A stretch of DNA of 64,000 nt, from the NCBI GenBank assembly GCA_973895155.1, contig OZ316898.1, forward strand, positions 17,598,752 to 17,662,751, written 5' to 3'. Position numbers and translations under genes: made by a program. The stretch comes from Marsupella aquatica. Lineage: Eukaryota > Plantae > Marchantiophyta. Positions within the stretch are counted from its first letter, which is position 1, and each line of letters begins with the position of its first letter. The notes under the pieces are model-generated. The model made no database searches and was not told the DNA's origin. It worked only from the letters and a program-made list of their open reading frames with translations. Below are positions 24,340 through 41,861 of the stretch, one piece after another.

Positions 24340-24850
24340 GGAGAGAGAGCGAGAGAGAGAGCGGAGGCAGTGGTTGCTGCATGCTTGTCGTCGTGAGTTT
24401 GTCACCTGCGATCGGGATTTGATGTGCATTTCAATCCCTGCATTTCTGTGAAGAGAATGACGAGAGGAGGTGAAGGCAGTGGTTGCAATTCGGGGGTCTT
24501 GAGTTTGTGAGCTCGAATCCGGATTGGATTCTACAGTACTTGTAGTAGGTGGTGGCTCGATAGAAAGTTTGCTCTCGCTCTTCCCTGTGTGTGTCTGTGA
24601 GAGAGAGAGAGAACGACGATCACAGAGAGAGAGCGAGAGAGGAGTCGAGGGCGGAGGCAGTGGTTGCTGCGTGCCGTCGTCGGGAGTTTGTCACCTACGA
24701 TCGGGATTGATGTGCATTTCAATCCCTGCATTTCTGTGAGAGATTGATGAGAGGAGGTGAAGGCAGTGGTTGCAATTCGGGCGTCTTGAGTTCGTGACCT
24801 CGGATCCGGATGTACAGTAGAACTTGTAGGTAGGTGGCGGATCGATAGAT
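24340..24850. repeat. ~290-bp two-copy tandem duplication upstream of FIP2
   Basis: gcggaggcagtggttgctgc...tgatgtgcatttcaatccctgcatttctgtga...gaaggcagtggttgcaattcggg occurs at ~24361 and ~24651. Confidence 0.85.
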
Positions 24851-25344
24851 AGATTGCTCTTGCTCTGCCGGTTTTTTTTGGGGGTGTGTGTGCGCGCTAA
24901 AGAGAGAGCGAGCGCGAGAGAAGGAAACGAAGAATTCGGGGTAGAAAATCTCTCTCGACAAAGGGAGCGCGGGCGGGTCGAGGAGCTTCTGCGTTGAGAC
25001 AAGGAAGCAAGCGCTAGTTTGTGAATGAGCGAGTCGTAGGAGGGCGACACGAGAAAGATGTTGTGCTATGGAGGCTGACGACGATGACCGGGTTCGATTG
25101 TTGAGTGGCGATTGCGGCCGTATCGATCGATGAGGAGGATGGAGTATCGAGCGCACCTTGCCAGCTGACGACGGAGAGCTGCTGCTCGCGGATTGCGTTG
25201 TGTTTGTACTCCGCATTGCTTGCCCGATCGAGGTGGCGGAGCCAGTAGTTGTGTTATCCTCAAATCGTCGCTAGGTGGATCTGTGGACCACGCTTCCGAC
25301 CTTATTAACGTCTCTCTCTGTCTGTCCCCTCGCGAGCGCGCCTG

Positions 25345-29148
<3,804 letters not shown>

Positions 29149-30709
29149 TGCCAAGTCTGCACGTAGACTACACTTAGCTATGGGATCCTGGGAGCTTCAT
29201 TGCCGCTACTCCTACCAATATATATTCTATTGTTAGGCCGACAATATAAACATGATTGCTCCTCTCAGCCGTAGAAGGCAGCTAATAGTAGTACTGGAGT
29301 ACAACAAACGCAGAAGTCGATTATAAGTAGTCTAGCATGACCCGATCACTAAACAAAGGTGGCTGTAACGGTAGATGGAGATTCTGGTGATTGATACCTT
29401 CAAGCTGGCATGCTCCTGCCAGGAGTATTTTCCAGTCACTTTCGGTAGCTTTAAAGTCTTTCCTCTCAATAGCTCGAAATATTGCTTTGATTACCAGCAA
29501 ATCCTCTGGAAATAGTTTGTTCACATAAAGTCCTCACCCGCCTATCAAGTGTTCAAAAGAAACTGATTATTCAGTCATCTGACAGGGTTTGAACGGAGTC
29601 CACGCGATCCTCGAGATGCTGTATGAGTAACATGTTTGTGTGGGACGCGAATGATGATGAAGAGCAAGTGCATGGTCGATCTTGAGGACCGCAGAAGCCG
29701 AGCTGAAGCCTAGCTCCAAGAGAGATGACTACAACATTCCTGCTGCTATCATGAAATATCATCAACTGATCTATATTCAGGCAAATCAGTACTTAACATC
29801 GATGTTCCTTACGTATTGAAGCTCTATCATCAAAAGCTGATTAAGACACAACAGCTCGTCTCAGCTTTGAGGATACTCTCCAGTGAGGTAGATGTAATGC
29901 AGGTTTCCACGAGGGACATTGGTTTCTTTGTTTGGCTGCTGTTTCCTAGTGATTCAGTGTCATTGTATCCTGTGCCAAAGATGCAAATTGCAAATAAATA
30001 ATCATCAGGATTGTGCTCAGATTGTGATCAGAAATGTGCTTGATGTCCAGAAGGATACATGTACCCCAAAATCGCTTCCCCTGAGATGGCATTTTAGACC
30101 TGCTGAAAAGACAACTTCGTAAAGGCTACTAATGGAATACTGACTCCATTCGCAGCAGTTTTAGATCACCATCCTGCAAATTCGACAAAAGTTCAATACC
30201 TGCGAGCTGACTTGCGTCAGAAATCCTCAGTTCAGTTTAGTTGTGTTATCTGATAAGAAGTTTGTACGACTCTAGAAGGCCAGCTATCTTCTAAACTTCC
30301 CATTCAGTAAAGGGCAAATAAGCTCTTGTTCACAAACCAAACAAGTGACCACCCCTCAGCCTGTCCACAAAGACGTGTTGGACTTATCCGACTGGCCTAT
30401 CATTAACAGTAGAGTGGAGAGATTTTCTACAATGTGCTTAAGTGCTTCCTCGTGCCATCATCCTCGTAGCAGGAACACCCGCCCATGCGTCTCTTAATGA
30501 TTGAGGCAGGAGAAAGAGGCATCAAGGAGTGGAACAGTGGAACAAATGGAGTTTTTAAATGAATAGAGGAACTGAAACTTTATAACAATTTACAACATTC
30601 TTATCTTGCAGATATAACTTCAAGGAACGATTCAGTCAACTTGATGGTATCCTGTAATCACAGAAGCCAGCAATAAATAGACGATTGGGCAGTACAAACA
30701 ATTAGACTG

Positions 30710-33700
30710 TTAAGCATTTGCTGCAGTTTCTTGCTGATCCTCCCTTCCCCATGCACCTGGCCACCAGTGCGGGCGTGTCACTTTTAAGTACACGTTCTTT
30801 TCAGGGATGTCCAGCTTCAGTTGGGATGGTTCTTTTTTTAATCGCAACAGAGCCAAGCCCCGAGGTCCAAGAACTGTAGTCACAGTGCCCACTTTTTTCC
30901 TGGTAGAAATGTCCACGACTGCTACTCCTGGAATTACTTCTTGTTGTGCCTCTGCAAACAGATGGATATCAGACTGGTAAGCTCAGGGGGTCATTCTCCA
31001 TTCGCCCACAACTCAAAATACTGAAGATTGCAGAGTCTGTCAATGTTATTCAGATGTGCGTCACATAATGAACATTTTGCGGGGCTCCAAACATTGCACT
31101 AATACGATGTACCCGTATCCACGTAAACCGAGCTGAACAACAAGATTTCGAAGCAGCCGTATAACCTCACCTTTACCATCCTCATGCACAAAGTCAACCG
31201 GCATGACTCGCTTTCTGATGACACCTCGATGGTGAGTTCGAGCCACCAGTTCTTGACCCACGTAACACCCTTTATCGAAGCTGATGGCATTCAGTCCTGC
31301 CAAATTGAACTCCAAAGGTATTGCCTCACCTGTATGATACACACTCCTATTAGATATCCAGACAAACATGGAATTGTAAGAATCCCTTGTCCAGAACCTT
31401 GTGCAAAACTGTTCCAATTACCTTTAGGGATCTCAGTAGACCCTTCCGCAACCCCTTGCTCCAACCTCCAGAGCAAATAATATTCCTCACCTACTTCCTG
31501 ATCTGCTTCTACCAAAGGGGCTGCAGTCACCAAAGTCCAATGCTGTAAGAAAATAGCAGTTAAGCCTTCAAGACTGAAAGTCTTAAGCAGAAATTCACCC
31601 CCTCCTGTGAACGACTCTTTTAGATCATGCCACATAAATACGGTTGCATCTCACAGGCTGTGCCATGAAGATAATTTCTATAAGCATCTTTCTATGACGA
31701 GAGAACTGTCATTGGGAAAACAAATGCCGCACGATCCTTCAACTTGCAAGTCCACCAAAATCACGTTTCTCTGATATAGATCACAGAAAGCTTTCCGTAA
31801 GATGTAGTGCTTACGGAGTGTGTTGCTAGGGAAAACACCCCTCAGGCCGAGTTCCGTTAACCGTGGGTCCTTGTACCAACACCAGCCATCACTTGTGCTT
31901 TCAGCAGCAGTCTGAGCTGCCGGGTCCTTACTGCCGGCCCAACCTATCGGTCCTGCCTCATCTTCACCCTTCGTGGTCGGTTCGTCAGCAGTCACACCAC
32001 CAAACCGCTGCCAAACTCGGAAGTCACTTGAAATATTCTCGATACTAACCTTAGCTCGCAGCCTGTGTCTGCTCCAAACACACAACATGTGTATTGAGTA
32101 TTGCGACACTTACTGCTTGTACCTGCAAGCATGCGCTATCTGTCTCTTGCGTCATTCCTCCCTGTACGAGGCTCTCAGAGGAGTGCCTCCTGACAATTAA
32201 TTAAATCAAGGCATAAACGATGATGCGAATACAGGATAGGTATGTACAAAAACAGACTGCAGTACAAAGTAGGCAATCTCTTGTTTAAGCACCCACAAGA
32301 ATTATATCACCTCACTATTGCAATTGCTCTCAAGCAGATCCTTGACCTATGACTCCTTCAGAGGACTTTCTGTAAATCATCTTCCCTGTCACTTCCAGAT
32401 TTCGATTTTTCGCGAAATCGTAGCTGCCTGGACAGTTAAGTTCTTTGCATTACATTTCGATAATGAAGTACACCCTTCCAACTCTCGCTTGACTTAGTCA
32501 AATTTCAGTTCAGGACGTACGATATTTTTCTTACATTTATGTTCCTTGGGCATCGGTGAACGTGCAAACATGTACTGGTTCTTCACGACATCTCCAATAG
32601 GTTGGTCCAGTAGCTCAAGGCCCTGAATGCACATTTTAACCTGATATGATCCTGTTGGCTCCAACACCAGGGATACGTTTAAAGCACGCGTTCAATTTTA
32701 GTGCGACAAAAAATTCGATAGAAGAGTAGGAGTTCACCTGTTAAGGTGAGACACAAGCTCGTCAGCTACACTTGAATCCACATCAGCTAGCAAATATGTC
32801 GACCCATCATCACCTGGGCCTGCTCCTGTTCGGTTAAGACGTTCAGTTGGAAGTCTTGGACGATAAAGAAACAGATCGTACAAAAATCTTCCTTGTGGAT
32901 TGAGCATTGCTGTGTACAACGGGGGCGTTATTGTAGCTCCAAGAACTGGACTTGGTGTTGGCACCTTGCTCTCGTTAGCTTTCCTTTCCAGCCGTGCGAC
33001 ATCGTTAGTCACCAAGCCCTGCAGAAACTTGAACACATCGGGCCCATCCAATCGAATAACCCCCCGACTCTTCACCTGAAAAATAATTAAACATGCATTT
33101 TATTCCAAAAGGCAAAAACCGTGGAGATGCTGAGCACCCCATTCATCTATAGGAACAATGAGATCTGATTCTTGACACCACCAGATCTTTGATCAGCTTT
33201 AAGACTATTGACAAACAACAAAACCCTCACAACCGTCACTATACTTTCATGATCACAAGCAAATCAGCAGAAGGTTTGAGACGTAGCAATTCTTCTAACT
33301 GCCTGTCCCATCCCCTTCCTCAAAATGAAACCACTGCAATCCCTAACTGAAGAGCGTGAGTGAGAGAGAGAGCGAGAGTCGAACAGGCAGAAGATCAAAT
33401 CTACGACACAATTCCCTCCAGAGAAATCAAAAGACTCGAGTGACTGTGGAGGCTAGCTGGAAGAATGATTGATTCCCCATACAGACAGACAATCTCTCTC
33501 TTCACCTGTGTATTGTACGGCCCTTGGGTAGCCAAAGGCGTCGGCCCGGATGAAGAGGCCCCTCCGCTGTGGACTGGGATCACTCTACTTGTTGCAATTC
33601 CCTTCTCGTTCCTCCTCCTCCCTTCTGCATGCCGTGCTGACGCTTCCAGAAGCGAATCCACCTGAGTTGGTCCCAGTGCAGATAGAATCCTCGCACTCTG

Positions 33701-33757
33701 GCTAGTTCTGCAGCACAAACTCTGCCGCACACGATTGGCTACAGTATGACCTCCCAT
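30710..33757 (-). CDS. IBA57: Mitochondrial Fe-S assembly factor IBA57/CAF17 (YgfZ/GcvT family), 447 aa; exons 33757-33506, 33075-32738, 32068-31815, 31520-31422, 31329-31171, 30951-30710
   Basis: Signature [22 protein letters not shown], plus [20 protein letters not shown] and DPRL..LGLRG. The N-terminus is R/S-rich like a presequence. Exons join in frame (1344 nt). Confidence 0.93.
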
Positions 33758-35287
33758 ACTGTTCGTTCTTCCTCACGACAAAGCTCAGTCGGCTCCCATC
33801 CACAGCTAACACCGATGGTTGAAATCTAGCGCAAAGACGATGAAACCGTTCATGCACCACACGTTGTGTACGTCGGAGCAGCCAACACTCTACGGACACA
33901 AGCACACCGCCATCATTGACAAAAAAATCAAATTAGACCATAGATGGAAACTGAAGAACAGAATAGGCACGAAATTGTCTTGTTTAAAATTCTCATCGCC
34001 CTAAATGAATTGTATCAACTCCTCGTGGACCAAAAGTGTCCAGCAATTATGTAAATTACGATAAGAGTCATCAATGGGAGGGACAGGAGCATCCGCACAC
34101 CTATCCGCATATCTTTGGCAGGCCAATATATGATTCTGGATTATTGATGGCAATAGTCAATCATGCGTACATGCTGATATTAGTGCGGTTCCTGAACAAA
34201 TCCTACTAGCTTCGAGTGTCGAGTCTTTCCCATTCCTCTACTGCAGGGTAAAATGTGGCTCTCTCGATCTTTTGTTTGGAAACTAGGGCAGCTCCAACAA
34301 TCTAAGCATCTACAGTACGGACGGCTCTGCTATACGACCGGGGTAAGAGGAATTCAGTCCCTCGTTGACTGAAGACCATTGCAAAACTCTCTTTCTAAGG
34401 AACATCATTTTTGCAATCGGGAAGGTACTGTATGTCTTTTGCTTCGGCGGCTCATTCTTTCAGTAGCGGAGATAAAATTCAGCGAACAAAATTTCTCAGC
34501 GTCGTCATCAGACATGCCTTGATACTGAATCACTAATGTATCGGCATCTGAAAGTGTTTGCTCTCATATGATCCAATAAGCTCTAATGGACTAAGACACT
34601 GCACTGCTGATGGCCTTTTTCAACTGAGAATCATGCAACATTGCTGCTTCGAATGCCAATCTAAAAATTCACACATTCAAGGAATTGAACGCCAGAGTTC
34701 CCGCAAATGATGGACAGTCGAACAGCATGCACTCACCACAACTTCAAATGACGCCGTCCAGGGACGAATTTATTGCATGCCGACACAATCGACAGAGAGC
34801 TCTGCAATGGACGACGAATCCGCTCTCCCAAGGATCCAAAAAATCAGCTCCAGAGTCCACAGCAACGAAGACTCCCAGAGAAGAATTCGGAGAAAGCGCA
34901 AATCCGGACACGGTGAAGATTCAAAGAATTGATCAACGAAACGAAAGGATCAATCAAAACCGAATAACTCAGAAGAACTGGGGAGTCGGGGAGCGACGGT
35001 CCGTTACAAGCAGATTCATTCAGATTACTCAACCTGAACAATTATTCAAACTTTCAGCCACATATGACCGAACTTGACGAACAGATTTTTCAGCTTTTGC
35101 AGATTTTGCGCACAGAGAATGTATGATTTCTCATCATCGACACAGAGTAAACAAAAGAGGACGAAGAAGAACGAGAGAGAGAAAACACGAGACCGGAAAA
35201 TCTCGGCATGAAATCTCGGCATGAAACTAGGCATGAAGTTGTTCGTAAAATCTGGGCATGAAATTCGGCAGCACAGGAGGGTTCTGT

Positions 35288-35612
35288 GGGGGACCTCTAC
35301 ATTTGGAGGTGGCGCCATTGGAAAGCGAGAGGACGAGAGAGAATTATTTTCGAGGAGACCTCTAATTTGGGGGCACCTTCAGAATGTGGAAGGTAGGTTA
35401 GACTTAGTGAGTGCTCCATGGTTGTGGAGGGACTGCCGCACAGGGGGGTTTTGCAGGGGACAGGGGGACCTTTACATTTGGAGGTGGCGCCATTGGAAAG
35501 CAAGAGGAAGAGAGAGAATTATTTACGAGACCTCTAATTTGGGGGCCATGAGCATTCTGAAGGTAGGATAGACTTAGTGAGTGCTCCATGGTTGTGGAGG
35601 GACCAACAGCAC
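35288..35612. repeat. Two-copy ~175-bp tandem repeat
   Basis: ggggacct.tacatttggaggtggcgccattggaaagc...gacttagtgagtgctccatggttgtggagggac occurs twice. Confidence 0.88.
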
Positions 35613-36093
35613 ATCACGTCCTGGTAATAGGGGGTCTCAAATATCCCCCCTGGACCTGCCTAAGAGCATCCGCACCCGTGCCCTGGGTCCGGACCGGTGC
35701 CTGCAAAACGTCAGAATTGGAGAGTGAAGGGGAATATCGGGCTTGCACCCATGCCCGGGATCCCCAAATGCTTTCCCGGCTCCAGGCTCATTCGAAATCC
35801 AGACCTGCAATTCAGCCAGATATTCCGAGCGGCAAAATGTTTCTCCCTGGCCAGAGAAATCCAATCTACGCTCCACAAAGCACCACATGTCCTCATCTGG
35901 GCAAGTTCAAACACATTCTCTTTGTGGTCCCGCCCTGCAGTGTTTGCATCGACATGCATCGAGGAATGCAGATTTCTCACTGTACAGTGCTCTCACGTTC
36001 TGCTCGTGGTCCCCTCTGGTCCTCGCATGCAATCTCTGTACGCGCGAAGTCTGCAAAAGTTGACAGTGTGTGCAATCTCCATTCATTTCAAGC

Positions 36094-37051
36094 ATGGCAG
36101 CGCAGCGAGGGAAGAATTTTAGTGCCCCAGAGTTGAAACAATTGTGCTATAGTTTTTTGGACATTTCACAAGATCCATGTGTTGGGTCGGGGCAAAAGAA
36201 GGATAGCTTTTGGGAGCGCATTGCAGAGCACTACGAGAGAAGCAAGCCGGGAGGAACCGAGCTGAGGACAGCCAAGTCTCTTGAAAGTAAGTGGGGTGAG
36301 ATTCGAAAGGACGTGTCTAGATTTATTGGCTGCCACAATACGGTAGACGCCCTCGACATTTTTGGCACCAATGCTGACGACACAATAGAGAAGGCTAGAG
36401 AGCTCTACAAACAGCGCCATCCCAAGGGCAAAGAGTTCTCATTCTCAGTTTGCTGGCACATCTTGAAAGATTGTCCAAGGTGGGCAATGCCTCAAGATCC
36501 GATGGCCAAGGGGAAGTCGAATCCCAAACAGCCAATTGCCCGGAAGCAAAAGCAATTTCACGATGAGCAAGTAGACAAGGAGAATTCCCCTCAGTTCTCT
36601 GATGGCAACATTGATTCTGACATCGACAAGGAGCCGAATGACAATGGCAGTGCAGTGGGAACATCGATGAAGAGACCCCTTGGAAGCAAGATGGCGAAAG
36701 ACAATGCCAAGAGATTGAAGGCCCAAGAAGATTGCATTTAGAGTCTCTGCCCAAGCTCAAAAAATCATTGCAGAAACTGGTCGTCAGCGTTTGAGAGTCC
36801 TTGAGACATCCACATTCATGAATATGCTTAGCATGCCCACAGATCATCTTGACTGTGCCACCCAAGATTTTTTGCGAGTCTTTAGGGAGCACGAGATGGC
36901 TAAATTGAAAGAGAGGATGACGAGAGAGAGCAACCCACTGCCCCCACAGCAGCAAGGACCTCCCTCCCAGTTCCCGTGGCACCTTGTGATGACAGGGACG
37001 ATGAGCAGGCAGAGCTGCCCACTTTTGCAAGAGGTCATGAATTTGACATAG
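36094..37051 (+). pseudogene. H1 Myb/SANT-like (NAM-associated) DNA-binding protein, +1 frameshift near 36738
   Basis: RGKNFSAPELKQLCYSFLDISQDPCVGSGQKKDSFWERI...SLESKW...CWHILKDCPRW...RPLGSKMAK. Removing one T at ~36738 restores a C-terminus (IRVSAQAQK..MLSMPTD) that aligns with the H2 protein. Confidence 0.85.
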
Positions 37052-37544
37052 AAGAATAGTTTTAAGATTTTTGCAAATGCCTTTTGAGAGTCAAAGGCCC
37101 GATGATGTAATTTTGTGAATTCTATAAATGAAAACGTTGGAAAGAATTCCAGTTTTTATTACAAGTTTAGCAATTGATGTTTGATGTGTTTCTTTTTTCA
37201 ATCCTCTGCCACGACACTACACACCAGGGCACAAAAAGTCAAAAAATTTGCTCATTATGTCTCAATCTTCTCGTCATTTCAGCAGCCCTCTACAGCAGTC
37301 AGGTCACCATTCAGAATAATTGATTTCAAGGGGATGGGATGACAATTGCAGAGCACACAGAGCTGTCATTTGTCTCAATGTTGTCTCAATTTTATCAATG
37401 TCTATTGGCAGCACAATAGTGTCTGCATTTCAAAGCACCATTTTGGATTCAGAATCTAGGAAAGTTGACAACTACATTTCTATCTGTAGCTCTATATATG
37501 TAGCTCTACCCGTTTCCACATTCAAACTGTCTGTCACTACAATG

Positions 37545-38919
37545 TCAAATCTGCATTCGTTTCATCCAATCTGCCATTTTCACCTCACCCTTCCGCTTCC
37601 ACAAATGCTCAATAAGATCATTTCGCAAATTGAAGTGTCCAGAGTGACTTTCGAGTTGGGCAGTGGCAGCCAAGTAGTCCTTCCATGGCATGGTTCCTCT
37701 CTGCACGGGCAATAATTGACCTCCCTCCATCCGGAAATCCTCATGCACCTCTCCTCTCATCCTCAATAATCATGTTATGAAGCACAATACATGCCATTAA
37801 AATCATTGTCACTCTTCCGAGGTGCCAAGATCTGGCAGGCTGCTTGACAATGCCCCATCGTGCCTGGAAAACTCCAAAGGCTCGTTCGACATCTTTTCTG
37901 ACACCTTCTTGGCATTTTGCAAAAAAACATTTCTTCTCAGACTGGGGCTGGTGAATCGTTGTCACAAAACAACTCCACTTCGGATAAATGCCATCAACAA
38001 GAAGATAAGCTCTGTTGTACTCTGTGCCGTTAATTGTATACTTGACCTGATCGTAGTTGTCATGTAACATGTCATTCACCAGTGGAGATCGATCTAGAAC
38101 ATTTAAGTCGTTGTTCCCACCAGGCAACCCAAAAAATGCATGCCAAATCCACAACTCTTGGTCTGCAATTGCCTCAAGCACTACTGACTTCAAGCCGTCT
38201 TTGTCGGTGAATTGTCCCTGCCAAGCCACAGGACAATTTTTCCACTCATAGTGCATGCAATCAAGTGAAGCAAACATCCCTGGGAATCCTCTCTTCTCAT
38301 TCACAGCAAGGAGTCTCTCAAAGTCATTCTTATCTGGCTTCCTCAAGTACTTTTCTTCATACAATTCTCGAATTGCTTTGCAGAACCTGTATAGGGACTT
38401 TCGAGCAGTAGACTCTCCCAGTCGACAATACTCATCAGTAGCATCCGCCCCAACTCCTTGTGCAAGCTGCCGAAGTGCAGCAGTAATTTTTTGGAGACCA
38501 GACAAACCCAATTTCTTCGTAGCATCTCGTTTTTGCTGGAAGAAACTATCATGTGCACACACGGCAGTGCAGATTTTTTTGAAGAGTCTCTTCGTCATTC
38601 TAAACCTTCGTCTAAAATATACTCCATCGTATGTACAGTTTTCAGCAAAATAATCGTTCCATATCATCTGGTGCCCACGTTCTCTCCTTCTCTCTTTATT
38701 GGCCCTCTTGCCAAGTACTGATCCCCCTCCTCGCTTGCGTTTTTGAGTAATCGAGTCCACACCTTGCATGGACAATGGCCCAGTGAACAGCAATTCGTTC
38801 AGAAAAGCTTGCTCTTCCTCCATTTCAGCCAACTCCGATTCGATCTCTTTCTTCAATTTCTCTCGCCAAGCCTCAAGTCGCGCAATGTATGCATAGGATT
38901 GAGGTTCTGGAATCACCAT
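37545..38919 (-). pseudogene. H1 Harbinger (HARBI1/DDE_Tnp_4-like) transposase; 392-aa ORF plus frameshifted C-terminus
   Basis: Motifs FRRRFRM, GFPGMFASLDCMH.EWKNCP.AW.GQ, YLLVDGIYP and RKDVERAFG..LHNMIIEDE. The conserved tail HFNLRNDLIEHLW is in another frame (37545-37766), implying a frameshift in the AG-rich tract at ~37755. Confidence 0.9.
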
Positions 38920-39615
38920 CGCTAATTTCTACGGCAACCTAGGTTGAGCTTGCTAGTGAAACTCGTTTTCAATTTCTCAAGAGTGCAGGCAACATCGCAA
39001 CCAGAATTCCACGGCAATTCTTCAGGTCAAACGAAGGTTCAAACCAGGCCGCTTAGGTTCAAACCGTAGGTTACGAACATTTGGAAGCCCAAAAGGAGGG
39101 CACGGGTGCAAACTGTGCAAAGCAGATTCTTGGAAAAGAGTACCCCGCCAAACAGCACCCCGCCAAACAGCACCGGATGGCAGCTTGCTTGCCCTCAACC
39201 GGTGCGGATGCTCTAAGAGCATCTCCAGCGGTCCTCCTTTAACGCCCGCAAATGCCAAATATTAAGGATGGCGGTCAAATATGGAGACTTGCACCTCCCA
39301 CCGGTGCCCTGTATCCCTAAAGTCATAGCGGCCGACTAGCCAACTTGGGTACCACTCGCCGCCAATTTTGGCATCATTGGAGGTCGCGAGACAAACCTGC
39401 CATCCTGCCCCCCATTGTAATCAACGGACCGCACATCACCACGCGTCATCATTGCGAAGTGAGACATGGCAAGTTTCAAAATGTATGAATCTCCCGCGAT
39501 GCTGTGAAATCACGACTTTTTTACTGTGTACCTTGAATGTTCGTGCACTCTGCACAGTGCACTCCTCGTGTGCTCTCGACAGACATCCAATTGCAGACAT
39601 CGACACTGTAGGATC

Positions 39616-40638
39616 ATGGCAACCATCCGCGGGAAAAATTACACAGAAGAATAATTGAAGCAACTTTGCTACAGCGTACTTCATGTCTCTCAAGACCCGT
39701 GTGTAGGGAATGGACAACGAGCTGAAAAGTTTTGGGACCGGGTGTTTGAACACTACAAGAAGCACAAGCCGCGCGGGAGTGAGGTGAGGGGGAAGAAATC
39801 ACTCGAAGGCAAGTGGCATGACATCAAGCATGATGTCTCCAAATTCATTGGGTGTTTTCAGCAAGTAGATTCATGTCAGACTTCAGGGACCAACGAGGCG
39901 GATACATTGAGAGCTGCGAAGGAGTTATACAAGGATAACCATCCAAAGCACATGAATTTTTCATTTGAATCTTGTTATTTCATTTTGAAGGACTGCCCTA
40001 GGTGGAGCAATCCAACCGACGATATGGCGAAGGGGAAGGGCAAGAAAAAGGTAGCAGCGAAAGGTGCAGAGAAAGATAAGGATAGCTCAAGCCCAACTCC
40101 AGAGGTTCTTGAGACATCAGACGATGACATTGCAGCACGAGAACCTGATGACTATGAGTCAGGATCAACGAGCAGGAAGAGACCTACAGGAAATTGGAGG
40201 GTGAAGGAAGAGTTAAAGCGAATGAAGCACCAAGAAGATGCTCTAAAGATGACAGCGTTGGCTCAAAAAGAGATGGCCGCTGCCAATGTTCAACGTGCTC
40301 GAGTAGCTGTAAACAATTCCAGTATGGCATTGCTTTCATTACCTACAAATAACATGACACCACAGTTGCAAGCTTTCATGGAGGAATGGAAGCTGGAAAT
40401 TGCCATCAATTTGAAGCAACGAATGCAGCAGCATATACATGTCCAGCCAATTCCTCTAGTGACACACAATCCACTGCCAAGCGTCTGACAGCCGGTATTC
40501 CCAATGCCAACGCCACCTCCAAATGTTGTTCAGGAACCAGAGGCATCTGAGGACGAAGGGGACGAAGCAATTGAAGTTCCAATCGGGGAGCAGCCAATGA
40601 ACCAAGATGATTTTATGGCAATGCTTGAGCGAACATAA
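39616..40638 (+). pseudogene. H2 Myb/SANT-like (NAM-associated) protein with premature stops at 39652 and 40486
   Basis: MATIRGKNYTEE*LKQLCYSVLHVSQDPCVGNGQ...SLEGKW...ILKDCPRW. The frame continues past TGA 40486 to TAA 40636-40638. Confidence 0.85.
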
Positions 40639-41861
40639 GTTTAGGTAGAAATTCCCTAGGTAGACTACATACAGGGGTAGCTTTGGTTCAACAGGACTCA
40701 CTCTTGTAAAATTGGATGAGTTTAATATGAGCAATTTTTTGTGCTTCAGGCATTTCATGGCATTGTCGTGAAGGACTGATAATTAATCAAAAAAATTCCA
40801 GCACATGGATTGTATTACAACATTGTCACATCTGGTTTACAAAAATGCAGCCGCCCTCAGGCCTGCCTTTGCAATTTCGAAGTACATCCTACTCTATGTA
40901 TGTGTTTCTGTCTATATCCGTCTATTGCCTCATAAAGAGATGGCCTCTGCCAATGTGCCTCTATATCCGCCAATTGAAAAACCGGGATTGTACGAGCTCA
41001 AACATTGAAACTTACAAAAACAAAACCTGCTCTACAGCAGACGACTTGTGTCCCCAATCAGTCCCCAATCGGTCCACTCCCTCCACTTTAGTCTGATGGC
41101 CATTGCCAATTGTAGATTTCACCATCAAATCGGTCATCTTCGCCATTCTCTGAATCAGAGAATTCCACCCTCGCCCTCCTTGCATGTTGAGGCTTCTTCC
41201 TCACTGCCTGAGTCTTCTTCTTCTCCATGCTTGTTTGGGGAGGCGGAACGGGAGGTGCTTCCTCTCTTGCAATGACCACTGGGAGCGATCCAACTGCATC
41301 AGCCTGGGTGGGAGCTTCATCGGATGTAGGAGGTCGAACTGAAAAGGGAGTACTAGGCCTCTCCTGCCTCCTACGCTCATCCACAGCTCGGATTGGAGGT
41401 GCCATAAATAATACTAGGGAGGAAACTGCTATTCCAATACCCAAGAGAATCACCCTCTCCCTCCACAACGTCGAGGCACAAATGCAAATGGGCAGCAAAC
41501 GTCGAGGCACAATTGCCTCCAAGCAGCAAACGTCGAGGCATGATTGCCTCCAGGCAGCAAACGTCGAGGCACTTGAATTGCTCCACAGAATGCCTCACTA
41601 CAATCCTCATTGCATAATGTATACAAGGGTTTGCAGCGAGTGCTAGCTCCACCTACAAGAGTAGAAGCTCCTGGTGAAAAAATGTGTTGGCAGTCCTACA
41701 GAATAGGACCTGTCCTGCAACTTCTTTAATGTTGAAGTGACTTGTCTGGCTTGCCATCTCATGTGAATCAGCACACGATGCTGGACAGAATTGACATGCC
41801 CTCAATTAAAGATGGTGACACAAAGGATGTTTGGCACATGCAAACGAGACACTCACCAAGG

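Larger units (their letters stand above)
35664..39213 (+). mobile_element. PIF/Harbinger transposon H1 (3550 bp)
   Basis: TIR GAGCATCCGCACC (35664-35676) / GGTGCGGATGCTC (39201-39213); TAA at 35661-35663 and 39214-39216; convergent Myb/SANT-like and DDE transposase ORFs. Confidence 0.95.

Noticed and set aside
23964-24429. K/E/R/G-rich and F/L/S/P-rich ORFs
   Set aside because: These are translations of the GAAAG microsatellite.
34087-34098. GAGCATCCGCAC, identical to 12 bp of the H1 TIR
   Set aside because: Not preceded by TAA/TTA, with no partner or subterminal similarity; likely chance.
37741-38919. H1 as an intact autonomous element
   Set aside because: The transposase tail (LRNDLIEHLW) and the Myb-protein C-terminus are both out of frame, although sequencing errors at these two indels cannot be excluded.
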